The notes beneath the pieces were generated by a model. The model searched no databases. It saw only the letters and a list, made by a program, of their open reading frames with translations, and was not told the DNA's origin. The position numbers and the translations under genes are program-made. Positions 1 to 8,424 of a DNA stretch of 64,000 bases are shown piece after piece. The first letter of the stretch is position 1; the number at the start of each line of letters is the position of its first letter. Origin of the DNA: an uncultured virus (IMG/VR IMGVR_UViG_3300025141_014349) (lineage: Duplodnaviria > Heunggongvirae > Uroviricota > Caudoviricetes); the IMG/VR virus record IMGVR_UViG_3300025141_014349. One strand, 5' to 3'.

Positions 1-183
1 ACTGGGGGGATAGTGACGGGTTCTGATGGCAAGAAGATGGTAAAGTCGGATAAACTAGTCCCTCAAATGTGGGAATTTGAGGCGGTGATAGCACATCTAG
101 TAAAAGCAGTTCAGCAGCAGAACACCAGCATAGAAGAACTAAAAAGCGAGATTGACGACCTAAAGAAAGGTGAAGCATCCTAA
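1..183 (+). CDS. C-terminal end (partial) of tail fibre protein with intramolecular chaperone (peptidase S74-like) coiled coil
   Basis: Frame 1 is open from base 1 to TAA 181-183: ...EAVIAHLVKAVQQQNTSIEELKSEIDDLKKGEAS*, the typical chaperone-domain tail. Confidence 0.6.
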   Translation, partial: TGGIVTGSDGKKMVKSDKLVPQMWEFEAVIAHLVKAVQQQNTSIEELKSEIDDLKKGEAS

Positions 184-241
184 TTATCCTCCGATGATGC
201 TAAAAGCGATAACTGTTCCTACCACTGTTGGCGATGGAACG

Positions 242-285
242 TAAATATAGTTTAGGAGATATAAATATAGTTTAGGAGATATAAA
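242..285. repeat. 20-bp tandem repeat (TAAATATAGTTTAGGAGATA, about 2.2 copies)
   Basis: Directly visible in the intergenic DNA; each unit contains AGGAG. Confidence 0.9.
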
Positions 286-318
286 GGTTTTAGATAAACC
301 AAAATCTAATTATTAAGT

Positions 319-714
319 ATGAAAAATCTTTCTGAAGTGCAAAATCTAATTAGGGAATTTTATTCTTTCGCGAAACAAAGGTTGGGGTTCAAAAAACCAG
401 TCAGATTATTTCTCAAGAGAGATGCAGATAATTCTCAAAATCTTTTAGGAAAAACTGCGTATTATGACCCCCAAAGCATGTCTATAACGGTCTATATTAC
501 AGATCGACATCCAAAAGATGTTCTTCGTTCTTTTTCTCATGAGTTGGTTCATCATAATCAAAACTGCAATGGAAAATTTGAAATGAATGGAAAATTTGAA
601 GAAGGATACGCACAGGAAAATCCACATTTGAGAAATATGGAAAAACAAGCCTATTTAGAAGGTAACTTAGCATTCCGCGACTGGGAAGATTCTAGACAAA
701 CTCAAGGAGAGTGA
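319..714 (+). CDS. Zincin-like metallopeptidase domain protein
   Basis: HELVH (HExxH) plus downstream E in 'MEKQAY'. Confidence 0.6.
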   Translation: MKNLSEVQNLIREFYSFAKQRLGFKKPVRLFLKRDADNSQNLLGKTAYYDPQSMSITVYITDRHPKDVLRSFSHELVHHNQNCNGKFEMNGKFEEGYAQENPHLRNMEKQAYLEGNLAFRDWEDSRQTQGE

Positions 715-2093
715 AAATGAAAAAAGCAATTGATCAGAGGAACAAGATGAGAGGGGAGAATCTCATGCAGAAGTGGGGATATGCTAGCGATGCAGTCTCA
801 GAAGATGAAGGCGGCGACGAAATTGTCGATGAGGAAGAAGAACCTGGTGAGGTAAGTGAGTCCGTTTTACGAGAAATGCATAAGGGTTCTCCCGGCGAGG
901 AAATAGGGTATCTAATGGCTGTGGCGCGCCACATGACGGACGACCCTGCGATCAAACTTGCACCCGATGGGGAACCAGACGCAGAATGGATACGAAGGGC
1001 AGAATATCTTGCCGATCCTAACAGTTTTGAATCTTACGGTACGTTTGAGGACCTGGATGCTGCGGATATAAGCAAATTCTGGCAACAAGTGCCGGATAAC
1101 TATGGTGGAAGCGGTGTCTACGAAGAGTGGTCTGCGGAAATGCAAACCAGTCGTGCGCACGAGAGAGGGGGAAGACCCTATAGCAGCACTGAAAAACAAT
1201 CTGATCCAGCATCACTAAAACATGATGCAAGCGGATTAGAAGAAAAGCAAAACATTATTCAGAAAATGATTTCAGATATCTTAGCAGAAAGTGACTCAGA
1301 TCTTGATGAAAAATCTCTATCCGAAATAGAAGACTCGGTTAAGAAAAAGTTAAGAGAAGGAATATTTGATCGACTCGGCGCTAGAGCGTCTTCTCTGGGA
1401 AAAGGTCTCAAGCGCGCTGGTAAGGGTCTTGGGCCCACATTTAAGGGTCAAGAGGTTGGAGCAGTAGATACGAGTGCCGAAAAGTTTTGTCACCTTCTTT
1501 CTGGGCGGGCAAAAAATTTGAGGAAATTTTACATCGATATGAAAAAAGACTTCACAAAACTACAAATTGATATAAGCAAGTCTTCTGAAGGATCCAAAGC
1601 AGATATTGGTGCACAAGGAAAAATAAAGGCATTAGAGGCGGAACTTGCCAAAGCACAAAAGGGAGAAGGCGATTACGAAGACGTGGATCCAAATGTGCGG
1701 AAGTCCGATATCGAAAAGATAAAGAAAGACATGGAAAAGATAAAGAAAGACATGGAACTGAATGAGGCGAAATATACGGGAAGAGGGACGCCGGCGGCAG
1801 ATATAAAAAATGTAGGGCAGGCAGAGCGACCTGTGCAAGATCCGAGCAAACCACTAAATCCCGCAGATTTTGGAGACTGGCCAGAGTCACCAATAAAAGA
1901 AAAACCACCAAATCCCGCAGAAGGTGCGATGTCTAAAGGATCTGTTCCGTACCTGGCACTCCAAGAAATAGCACAAGCTGTCAAGGCACTAGATCGTCTA
2001 GCAGCAATGTGTGACGAGGGAACAATGTCTCTTGATCCCAAAAAGCAAAATAAGAAAATTTTTACTACGTTCCGACAGGGACAATTTGAATAA
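711..2093 (+). CDS. Hypothetical charged protein, possible internal head protein
   Basis: 460-aa ORF with AAGGAG SD; repeated LxE-type motifs (LREM, LREG, LNEA). Confidence 0.55.
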   Translation: MKMKKAIDQRNKMRGENLMQKWGYASDAVSEDEGGDEIVDEEEEPGEVSESVLREMHKGSPGEEIGYLMAVARHMTDDPAIKLAPDGEPDAEWIRRAEYLADPNSFESYGTFEDLDAADISKFWQQVPDNYGGSGVYEEWSAEMQTSRAHERGGRPYSSTEKQSDPASLKHDASGLEEKQNIIQKMISDILAESDSDLDEKSLSEIEDSVKKKLREGIFDRLGARASSLGKGLKRAGKGLGPTFKGQEVGAVDTSAEKFCHLLSGRAKNLRKFYIDMKKDFTKLQIDISKSSEGSKADIGAQGKIKALEAELAKAQKGEGDYEDVDPNVRKSDIEKIKKDMEKIKKDMELNEAKYTGRGTPAADIKNVGQAERPVQDPSKPLNPADFGDWPESPIKEKPPNPAEGAMSKGSVPYLALQEIAQAVKALDRLAAMCDEGTMSLDPKKQNKKIFTTFRQGQFE

Positions 2094-2107
2094 AGGAGAA
2101 CTAAATT

Positions 2108-2386
2108 ATGGCTAGTCCAAAAAGACGAAGACTTGCAAAACTTGCAAAACTTGCTTCAATGAAAGCAAAATCAGAAAAAGCAGTGGGAGCCCCGGCGGCC
2201 GCAGCGAAAAAGGTAGAAGTTCCGATTACTCCTGCGCCGGCAGCGATAGAAGAACCTCCTCGCATTGCTGAAGAAGTCGCCCCGATGGCGGCAAGCACTT
2301 CCGAAGGCGCCTTAGAGCGAAAGGCAAAAAGAGCGGCGCGTAGGGCGGCCGCAGTAGCGCGCTCACTTTCTAGCAAAGAGGAATAA
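2108..2386 (+). CDS. Small Ala/Lys/Arg-rich hypothetical protein
   Basis: ORF with AAGGAG SD; low-complexity basic sequence. Confidence 0.65.
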   Translation: MASPKRRRLAKLAKLASMKAKSEKAVGAPAAAAKKVEVPITPAPAAIEEPPRIAEEVAPMAASTSEGALERKAKRAARRAAAVARSLSSKEE

Positions 2387-2388
2387 AA

Positions 2389-2637
2389 ATGGACTTAAAT
2401 CGAGTGACTCGAAAATTCCTATTAGGAGAGTCACATGAACCTCCTAGTGTCTATAGTTATCTTCAATCTTTACGAGAGATTTTAGGTAATATGCGCCCAT
2501 CTACCGCCTCGGATCGCAGGCGCGTGGAGATGGCACAGAATCATCTGCGAGAAATTAGACGACATTCGCGCAAGCTCCAAGAAAGAGTTGATTTGCTCGA
2601 AGAGCAGGTGAGGGTACTAGAAGAAGGGAAGGGATAA
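2389..2637 (+). CDS. Hypothetical coiled-coil protein
   Basis: Tightly packed ORF with a heptad C-terminus. Confidence 0.7.
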   Translation: MDLNRVTRKFLLGESHEPPSVYSYLQSLREILGNMRPSTASDRRRVEMAQNHLREIRRHSRKLQERVDLLEEQVRVLEEGKG

Positions 2638-2639
2638 AT

Positions 2640-5510
2640 ATGGGTGGACGCGCCGGCCACATGATGCATCTTTATGATAATCCAAATTTGACTTTTGGTC
2701 AAATAAGGGATATCTTTAATAAGGCATCTAAAGGCGAACTGATCGGAACCGAAAAGACTGACGGGCAAAATCTGTTTGTTTCATATAGCGTAAGAGGAAA
2801 AGAAGCCCGTGCCGTTCGAAACAAGAGCGAGGCGCTTCGAGGCGGACTAGATCCCGAGGCGCTTGCTAAAAAGTTTAGTGATCGTGGAGATCTTACAAAA
2901 ACTTTTGTTGAAAGTTTTGATGCTTTTGAGAGAGCAGTAAAATCGCTCCCCATCGAAGACCAACTAGAACTATTTGGTCCCGACGCTAATAATTTCTATA
3001 ATGCAGAAATCATGAATCCAAGTTCTGCAAACGTTATAAACTATGACACAAAAAGTCTAGTTATTCATCGCGTGGGACATGAACAGAGAGACAAACATAC
3101 TGATAAAATAGAACCACTTCAAAATCCTGAATTAGTGAAAAAATTAGAAAATGCATTGGAAAGCATGCAAGATGCACAAGCAGAAGACGACTATGGCATT
3201 CAAGTCAACGCCATGAAAAACTTGGGCGCTCTAACTAGTGATAAACCGCTAGATAGGGCGCTCTCTCGACTCAGTTCATTTATGGAAGCGAACAGATTAG
3301 ATGATAAGAGCACTGTGGGAGATTATATAGTAGAAACACTGAACTCTCAAATCGAGAAATTTCTACCCGACTTGAATGAAGAAACCAAGCAACTTCTCCT
3401 AGGAAGGATGCTGGGGCAAAAAGGCGTGAGCATTACACAGGTTTTATCTCAAATTCCCAAAGAGGCAGAATCAACACGGAGCGCTATCCGAGAATTGGTG
3501 GAAGATGGCAAATTTATGATTAAGACTGCCATATACCCACTAGAAGATATTGTTCATGATTTTTCAGTTGAGATGCTGAGAGGTTTAGAGAGCGCTTTCA
3601 TACTTGACAACAAAAAAGAAGTTCGTCGACTAAAAGATGAAGTGGCGCTAGCGATACAAGTTATTGAAGATTCTGGAAATGAAGAAGCAATGGAGATTTT
3701 GAGTCGGCAGATGAAGAAACTCAAAAAAGTTAATAAAGTTTCGACTGCAACTGAAGGATTTGTTTTTGACTATGACGGGAACACTTATAAATTTACGGGT
3801 AACTTCGCGCCGGTCAATCAAATACTGGGATTGTTTAAATACGGCAGAGGAAATGTTCCTCCTCTTCGAAAAGTAAATGAAGAGGAAGGAGATGCAGAAT
3901 TAGAGGTGAAAAAAGCAGATATTGCTTTATTGCCCGGTTCTTTTAAACCACCTCACCGTGGACATCTAAGTTTAGCAGATAGATACTCTGATTTAGCGGA
4001 TAAAGTAGTAATCCTTATTTCAAACCCTCAGAGCGAGCGATCCATAAGAAGTTTGTCGTCGGGAGATATTATCGCACCAGAAATGGCAAAAGAAATATGG
4101 GAAATCTATCTTGAAAATGCTGGTTTAAATAATGTTGAGGTCATGATATCGCCATCTCCATCTCCCGTAGGAGCAGTCTATGACTATTTGGATAGTTTGG
4201 TCGCAAATGATCAAACTGCGGATGTTATTGTAGGCGCCAGTACAAAAGGTGATGATCAGAAGGGCAGATATGAAGATATAGAAAAATATCAAGGAACAAA
4301 TGTTTCCGTCGTTTCCAGCCCCATGGAACCTCTGGGAGTCGATGATACTGTACTAAGCGCGAGTGATATGCGAGTGGCAATTGATGAATTAGATATTGAT
4401 ACTTTAGAAAAATATTTCTTACCTAGTGGAGTTTCGCCTGAAATGATAGTAAGTATTATAAAGTCACAAAATCCAGATCCACTTGAAGGGGAGGAGTTGG
4501 AGGAAATTTCTGCGGCACCAAGTGTGGGAGGATACGCGGGTAATGATCGGAAAAAGAAAAGAATCAGCGGCATGATTCAGAGGGAAGATATTATGTTTGA
4601 AATAAAACTTAGAGAATTGATTCGTAAAAGAATTATTCAAAGTATGAACGAAAATAAGAAAGAGGGGATGATTTTTATCAATAAAAATCAAAATAGAATA
4701 TTAGATAAATATCATTCTGAATATGTTCTTCGAAAATGTATTCGGCAGATGATACTCAAGGAAAAAACAGAACCTACTCCTCATAGTAACACTGGAATCA
4801 ATCAACTCTCAGACTTGTTGAAAAAAGTAGTTCCTATTTTGTCTGTTGGATATAAGTCTCTCACCACCGACCAAGCACAGCGAACTTCCTATAGAAGTCA
4901 TATTATCAATGCGGTGATTAACTCTCTTGCACCAGCGCAAGCAGAGGCAAATATTGACAACCCAGAGGCAGCAGAAGAATTAGAAGAAGTAGACATTAAT
5001 ATAGAAGACGAGACAGCGCTCGCCGACGATAAATTTATTGATATTGATCCCGCTCCTGCGGCCGAAGAAGAGGAAGAATCATTTCAAACCCTTGCGGGAC
5101 AAGATTTGACTGGAAGAAACATAGCACTTAAGGATTTTGACAGAATTGAAAGAATTATTCTCGATGCCTATGATGTTTTGGGTGATCAAAAGGACCAAGA
5201 TCTTTTTTATGATTATTTGCTAACCAATCTCAAACTATATTTTGATAAATTTGAAAGTGAACTCAGTGCCACGGAACCTGAACCAACTACTGATGAATAT
5301 GAATCTGAAAAAGCAGAAGAGGAAGAACTTCCGCAAGAAACGCCTGCCGAACTTGAAGGAGGAGAGGAGGAGTTGACCTTGCAGGAAGTGGAGTCCGAGA
5401 AGCAGAGGAAATGGGCTCATTGGCAGAGAGGTCTCAAGAAAGGCGACAAAAGAAAGAAACTAACTAATGACGAAGCAGAAGAATTCATTGCCTCTTCCGC
5501 GCACAAGTGA
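2640..5510 (+). CDS. Fusion of DUF6267-like/ATP-dependent ligase-like domain, HxGH nucleotidyltransferase and acidic C-terminal domain
   Basis: EKTDGQN (KxDG), EGFVF and YKFTG motifs; PGSFKPPHRGH and LSASDMR motifs. Confidence 0.7.
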   Translation: MGGRAGHMMHLYDNPNLTFGQIRDIFNKASKGELIGTEKTDGQNLFVSYSVRGKEARAVRNKSEALRGGLDPEALAKKFSDRGDLTKTFVESFDAFERAVKSLPIEDQLELFGPDANNFYNAEIMNPSSANVINYDTKSLVIHRVGHEQRDKHTDKIEPLQNPELVKKLENALESMQDAQAEDDYGIQVNAMKNLGALTSDKPLDRALSRLSSFMEANRLDDKSTVGDYIVETLNSQIEKFLPDLNEETKQLLLGRMLGQKGVSITQVLSQIPKEAESTRSAIRELVEDGKFMIKTAIYPLEDIVHDFSVEMLRGLESAFILDNKKEVRRLKDEVALAIQVIEDSGNEEAMEILSRQMKKLKKVNKVSTATEGFVFDYDGNTYKFTGNFAPVNQILGLFKYGRGNVPPLRKVNEEEGDAELEVKKADIALLPGSFKPPHRGHLSLADRYSDLADKVVILISNPQSERSIRSLSSGDIIAPEMAKEIWEIYLENAGLNNVEVMISPSPSPVGAVYDYLDSLVANDQTADVIVGASTKGDDQKGRYEDIEKYQGTNVSVVSSPMEPLGVDDTVLSASDMRVAIDELDIDTLEKYFLPSGVSPEMIVSIIKSQNPDPLEGEELEEISAAPSVGGYAGNDRKKKRISGMIQREDIMFEIKLRELIRKRIIQSMNENKKEGMIFINKNQNRILDKYHSEYVLRKCIRQMILKEKTEPTPHSNTGINQLSDLLKKVVPILSVGYKSLTTDQAQRTSYRSHIINAVINSLAPAQAEANIDNPEAAEELEEVDINIEDETALADDKFIDIDPAPAAEEEEESFQTLAGQDLTGRNIALKDFDRIERIILDAYDVLGDQKDQDLFYDYLLTNLKLYFDKFESELSATEPEPTTDEYESEKAEEEELPQETPAELEGGEEELTLQEVESEKQRKWAHWQRGLKKGDKRKKLTNDEAEEFIASSAHK

Positions 5511-5524
5511 AGGAAACATATATT

Positions 5525-5890
5525 ATGAAAATTTCAAAAAAACAATTAGAGAAGATTATCCAAGAAGAAATATCTAAGAAAGTTATTAAAGAAGAGTTCA
5601 GCATGGAAACGGGTGAGTGGGAGGAGCCGTCGGACGATAAAAGGGCGGCCGCGACGGATAAGGAAGACCTCGAAAAAACTCGGTGGCCTCCATCGCAAGA
5701 ATCAGAGGCCGAACGGGAAGCCAGACTGGATAAGGAAGACCTCGAAAAAACTCGGTGGGGCCCGACCACGAGGATGCGCAAGAAAGCTGCGCAAAAACAG
5801 ACTGGCGGCGACGGCGGAGATAATAAAAAGCTGGTTCTTATTTATAAAGAATTAGAATTATTATTGAATAAGATTAAGAAGGCATTATAG
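5525..5890 (+). CDS. Hypothetical protein with MKISKKQLEKIIQEE N-terminus (putative head-associated)
   Basis: ORF; internal DKEDLEKTRW duplication. Confidence 0.6.
   Translation: MKISKKQLEKIIQEEISKKVIKEEFSMETGEWEEPSDDKRAAATDKEDLEKTRWPPSQESEAEREARLDKEDLEKTRWGPTTRMRKKAAQKQTGGDGGDNKKLVLIYKELELLLNKIKKAL
5656..5758. repeat. 31-bp perfect direct repeat at 5656-5686 and 5728-5758
   Basis: GGATAAGGAAGACCTCGAAAAAACTCGGTGG twice, period 72, in frame. Confidence 0.9.
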
Positions 5891-5894
5891 TAAA

Positions 5895-6317
5895 ATGCCT
5901 AAAATTTCTGAAAGTATTAAAAATTGGGAAAAGTATGGATTGAATCAAGAGACCGAAATTCGGAATCTTAGTTTTGGCGATCTCATTATTAGTCGGGGTA
6001 ATTACAATACGGGGATAATTGCAACTTATCGTGACATTTGTGAAGGTAAAATAAGTAGGACTCCCGGCGTTCCAATACAGGTTTGTTGGATAAGAGAAGA
6101 AAATAAATTTCTAGTAACCGATGGTTATCATAGACTCGTAGAGCGCGTGCTAAAAAAAGAGAAATTATTTTTATGTGAAATAGAATGGACCGGATATACC
6201 CTTCAGTGGTCAATACCGATCAAGGAAGAACGATTATTGGAAACGAAAGAAATATTTAAATTAACTGAGGAAAAAATAAAATCTCTTATCAAAGAGGGAA
6301 GAAAAAAAAGATCTTGA
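5895..6317 (+). CDS. ParB/Srx N-terminal-like domain protein
   Basis: PIQV...FLVTDGYHRL motif. Confidence 0.55.
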   Translation: MPKISESIKNWEKYGLNQETEIRNLSFGDLIISRGNYNTGIIATYRDICEGKISRTPGVPIQVCWIREENKFLVTDGYHRLVERVLKKEKLFLCEIEWTGYTLQWSIPIKEERLLETKEIFKLTEEKIKSLIKEGRKKRS

Positions 6318-6342
6318 CATTGCTTCCCGTTTATGATAACCT
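6314..6342 (+). promoter_or_regulatory. sigma70-type promoter
   Basis: TTGACA-17 bp-TAACCT with extended -10 TG. Confidence 0.65.
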
Positions 6343-6380
6343 AGTGAGGTTGGTTGGGCAGGAGGCGGAAAGAAGCAAAG

Positions 6381-6737
6381 ATGGTTTGGAACAGAAAAAA
6401 GAGAATTCAAGGTAAAAATCAATACTATAGTGTAAGTAAGAAATTCTTAAGAGAAAATAAAACAAATTCAGAATTTGAAGTAATTCTAAACTCGCTTACC
6501 TTAGAAGAAATAATAGCATTAAAATTAGAATTAGCAATGCATGCAGCAGGCGCCCCCATATATGGAATTCCTTTGTGGAGATCTGTTCGAGATATTTGCA
6601 AAGATGCAATGATGAAACTGGCACTTAGCGCCACGCGTACTAAAAAAGAAGCTGCTAATTTTCTAGGTCTCTCATATGTGGAATTCAAATCAGAGTTAAA
6701 AAAGATGAACGTAGAGAGTTTTTTCACCGAACAATAG
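6381..6737 (+). CDS. Hypothetical protein with Fis-like HTH
   Basis: ALSATRTKKEAANFLGLS resembles a Fis-type HTH. Confidence 0.55.
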   Translation: MVWNRKKRIQGKNQYYSVSKKFLRENKTNSEFEVILNSLTLEEIIALKLELAMHAAGAPIYGIPLWRSVRDICKDAMMKLALSATRTKKEAANFLGLSYVEFKSELKKMNVESFFTEQ

Positions 6738-6743
6738 GAAGTC

Positions 6744-7244
6744 ATGGTCAGGAAAAGGAAACGAAAAGTAGTAGCGATAAGCGGGGGTTTTGATCCAATG
6801 CACATTGGACATGTCCGCATGATAAAAGAAGCAGCAAAATATGGAAAAGTTGTTGTAATTCTAAATAGTGATGTTTGGCTGATGAAGAAAAAAGGTTATT
6901 TTTTTATGTCATATGAGGAAAGAAAAGAGTTGTTAGAAAGCATGAGACATGTCTATCAGGTGATGCCATCGAATGACGATAGCGATGATGTATGCGAAGA
7001 ACTAGAAAAAATAAAGCCTAAATATTTTGCAAATGGTGGCGGAAGAAATTCAGCGAACACACCAGAAGCGGATTTATGTAAAAAATTAGAAATTGAAACC
7101 CTATGGGATATAGGGGGCGCAAAAATTCAAAGTAGTTCACGATTGATCAATGATTTGAAAAAGAGAAAAATAGGAAAAACAGATTTGGTAAGGTTTAGCG
7201 ATATTATAAATTCTTTCTATGGATCTGAAAATAACAAAAAATGA
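6744..7244 (+). CDS. Cytidylyltransferase-like nucleotidyltransferase (TagD/RfaE-II/RibL family)
   Basis: SGGFDPMHIGH; KIQSSS. Confidence 0.85.
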   Translation: MVRKRKRKVVAISGGFDPMHIGHVRMIKEAAKYGKVVVILNSDVWLMKKKGYFFMSYEERKELLESMRHVYQVMPSNDDSDDVCEELEKIKPKYFANGGGRNSANTPEADLCKKLEIETLWDIGGAKIQSSSRLINDLKKRKIGKTDLVRFSDIINSFYGSENNKK

Positions 7245-7245
7245 G

Positions 7246-7359
7246 ATGATAAACGGAGAACTTTTCTTTTTTATAATGTGTATATCTGTATCACTTTTTA
7301 TAGTTGGAGACATGATAGGCGAAACGGATGAAGAAGTGAAGTCTAAAAAAAATAAATAA
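7246..7359 (+). CDS. Small putative membrane protein (37 aa)
   Basis: Hand translation MINGELFFFIMCISVSLFIVGDMIGETDEEVKSKKNK; starts right after the previous stop. Confidence 0.45.
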   Translation: MINGELFFFIMCISVSLFIVGDMIGETDEEVKSKKNK

Positions 7360-7360
7360 C

Positions 7361-7436
7361 TTGACAAAATCTATTTTCTGTGATATTATTATATATGGAG
7401 TTCTTAGTTGACAATAAGTGAATTTTGTTATAGGAT
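7361..7436 (+). promoter_or_regulatory. Two tandem sigma70-type promoters
   Basis: TTGACA(7361)-17-TATTAT with TG extension; TTGACA(7408)-17-TAGGAT. Confidence 0.7.
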
Positions 7437-7473
7437 AAGGCGTAAACTGGTAATCTTTGAACATTATATTATT

Positions 7474-7575
7474 ATGAAAAAAGAAATAGATATAAATGAA
7501 ACAAAACACCCAAAAGAATGGTTTGCTATGTTTGTTGAGTGGATAAAATTTTTGCCCGAGGATAATGATGATTAG
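7474..7575 (+). CDS. Small acidic hypothetical protein (33 aa)
   Basis: MKKEIDINETKHPKEWFAMFVEWIKFLPEDNDD; only sizeable ORF downstream of the tandem promoters. Confidence 0.4.
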   Translation: MKKEIDINETKHPKEWFAMFVEWIKFLPEDNDD

Positions 7576-7576
7576 A

Positions 7577-8353
7577 TTAGTGAGTAAATGTTACTGGATC
7601 TACATCTGCCTTTCCTTCGAATAAACTTTTCAATTCTTTGTGAGTAGGCGAGAGAAGAACATGATGAAACTGACCATTGACCCGACTCACGATTCCCACT
7701 ATCTCCCCCTTAGAATCAAGAACGGGGGACCCGGAAGCACCGGGACCCGAAGGCACAGTAAACGTAGACATCTCATGCGCGCCATCTATCTTAAGATTTC
7801 CACTATAATAACCACTAAATATGAGAGATACATCTTTAGAAAAAATAGCGAAAGGAGAAGAGATATTGATAACCGGTTCGCCCAGCGGCGCCGCAGTTGC
7901 GCTGATATTTAGATTTCCGGAATCTACTAAAGGAATGTGTATTATGCATGCATCAAAATTTTTAGCAACAAAGGCGGCAAAAGCAGTATGTATTTTTTCG
8001 TTCTTATCTGCAATATGCAGATCCCACTCTATGGGTGGTTCTGATGGCGGCACACTATTAAGTGAGTCGGGAACGCAAACATGCGCAGCACTTAGTACGG
8101 CGGTGCCCCATTTCTCATGATGCGCAACAATGGCGCCACTCCCATACCATTCTCCAAGTTTTTCATCGCCACTTCTGGCAGTGCCCGTTACGAGAACTGC
8201 ACTTCCCGCCGCCTCTACTAAATTATATTTTTCATCTTTTTCTTTACTACATCCAGTCGATTCATGATCTTGTTTATGAGAACATGCTAAAAATAAAAAA
8301 AGCACCAGGAAAGATACAACCTGCTTTGGGGTCTTTATCAGAGAATGTCCCAT
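7577..8353 (-). CDS. Trypsin-like serine protease, predicted lipoprotein
   Basis: LSAAHVC (His), FDAC (Asp), GPGASGSPV (Ser); hydrophobic N-terminus ending in LAC. Confidence 0.85.
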   Translation of the reverse strand: MGHSLIKTPKQVVSFLVLFLFLACSHKQDHESTGCSKEKDEKYNLVEAAGSAVLVTGTARSGDEKLGEWYGSGAIVAHHEKWGTAVLSAAHVCVPDSLNSVPPSEPPIEWDLHIADKNEKIHTAFAAFVAKNFDACIIHIPLVDSGNLNISATAAPLGEPVINISSPFAIFSKDVSLIFSGYYSGNLKIDGAHEMSTFTVPSGPGASGSPVLDSKGEIVGIVSRVNGQFHHVLLSPTHKELKSLFEGKADVDPVTFTH

Positions 8354-8424
8354 ATAATATCTATCTTCTCATTGAAAAAAACGTCAAGAAACAACTAATT
8401 ATTTATGGTGAAAAGGTTTAGTAA

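Noticed and set aside
242..285. Tandem repeat as a CRISPR array
   Set aside because: About 2 head-to-tail copies with no spacers
184..318. tRNA or structured ncRNA in the intergenic gaps
   Set aside because: No cloverleaf, T-loop or strong stems found by eye here or in other gaps
5656..5758. Direct repeat as a DGR template/variable pair or att site
   Set aside because: The copies are identical and in frame; no reverse transcriptase or integrase in the window
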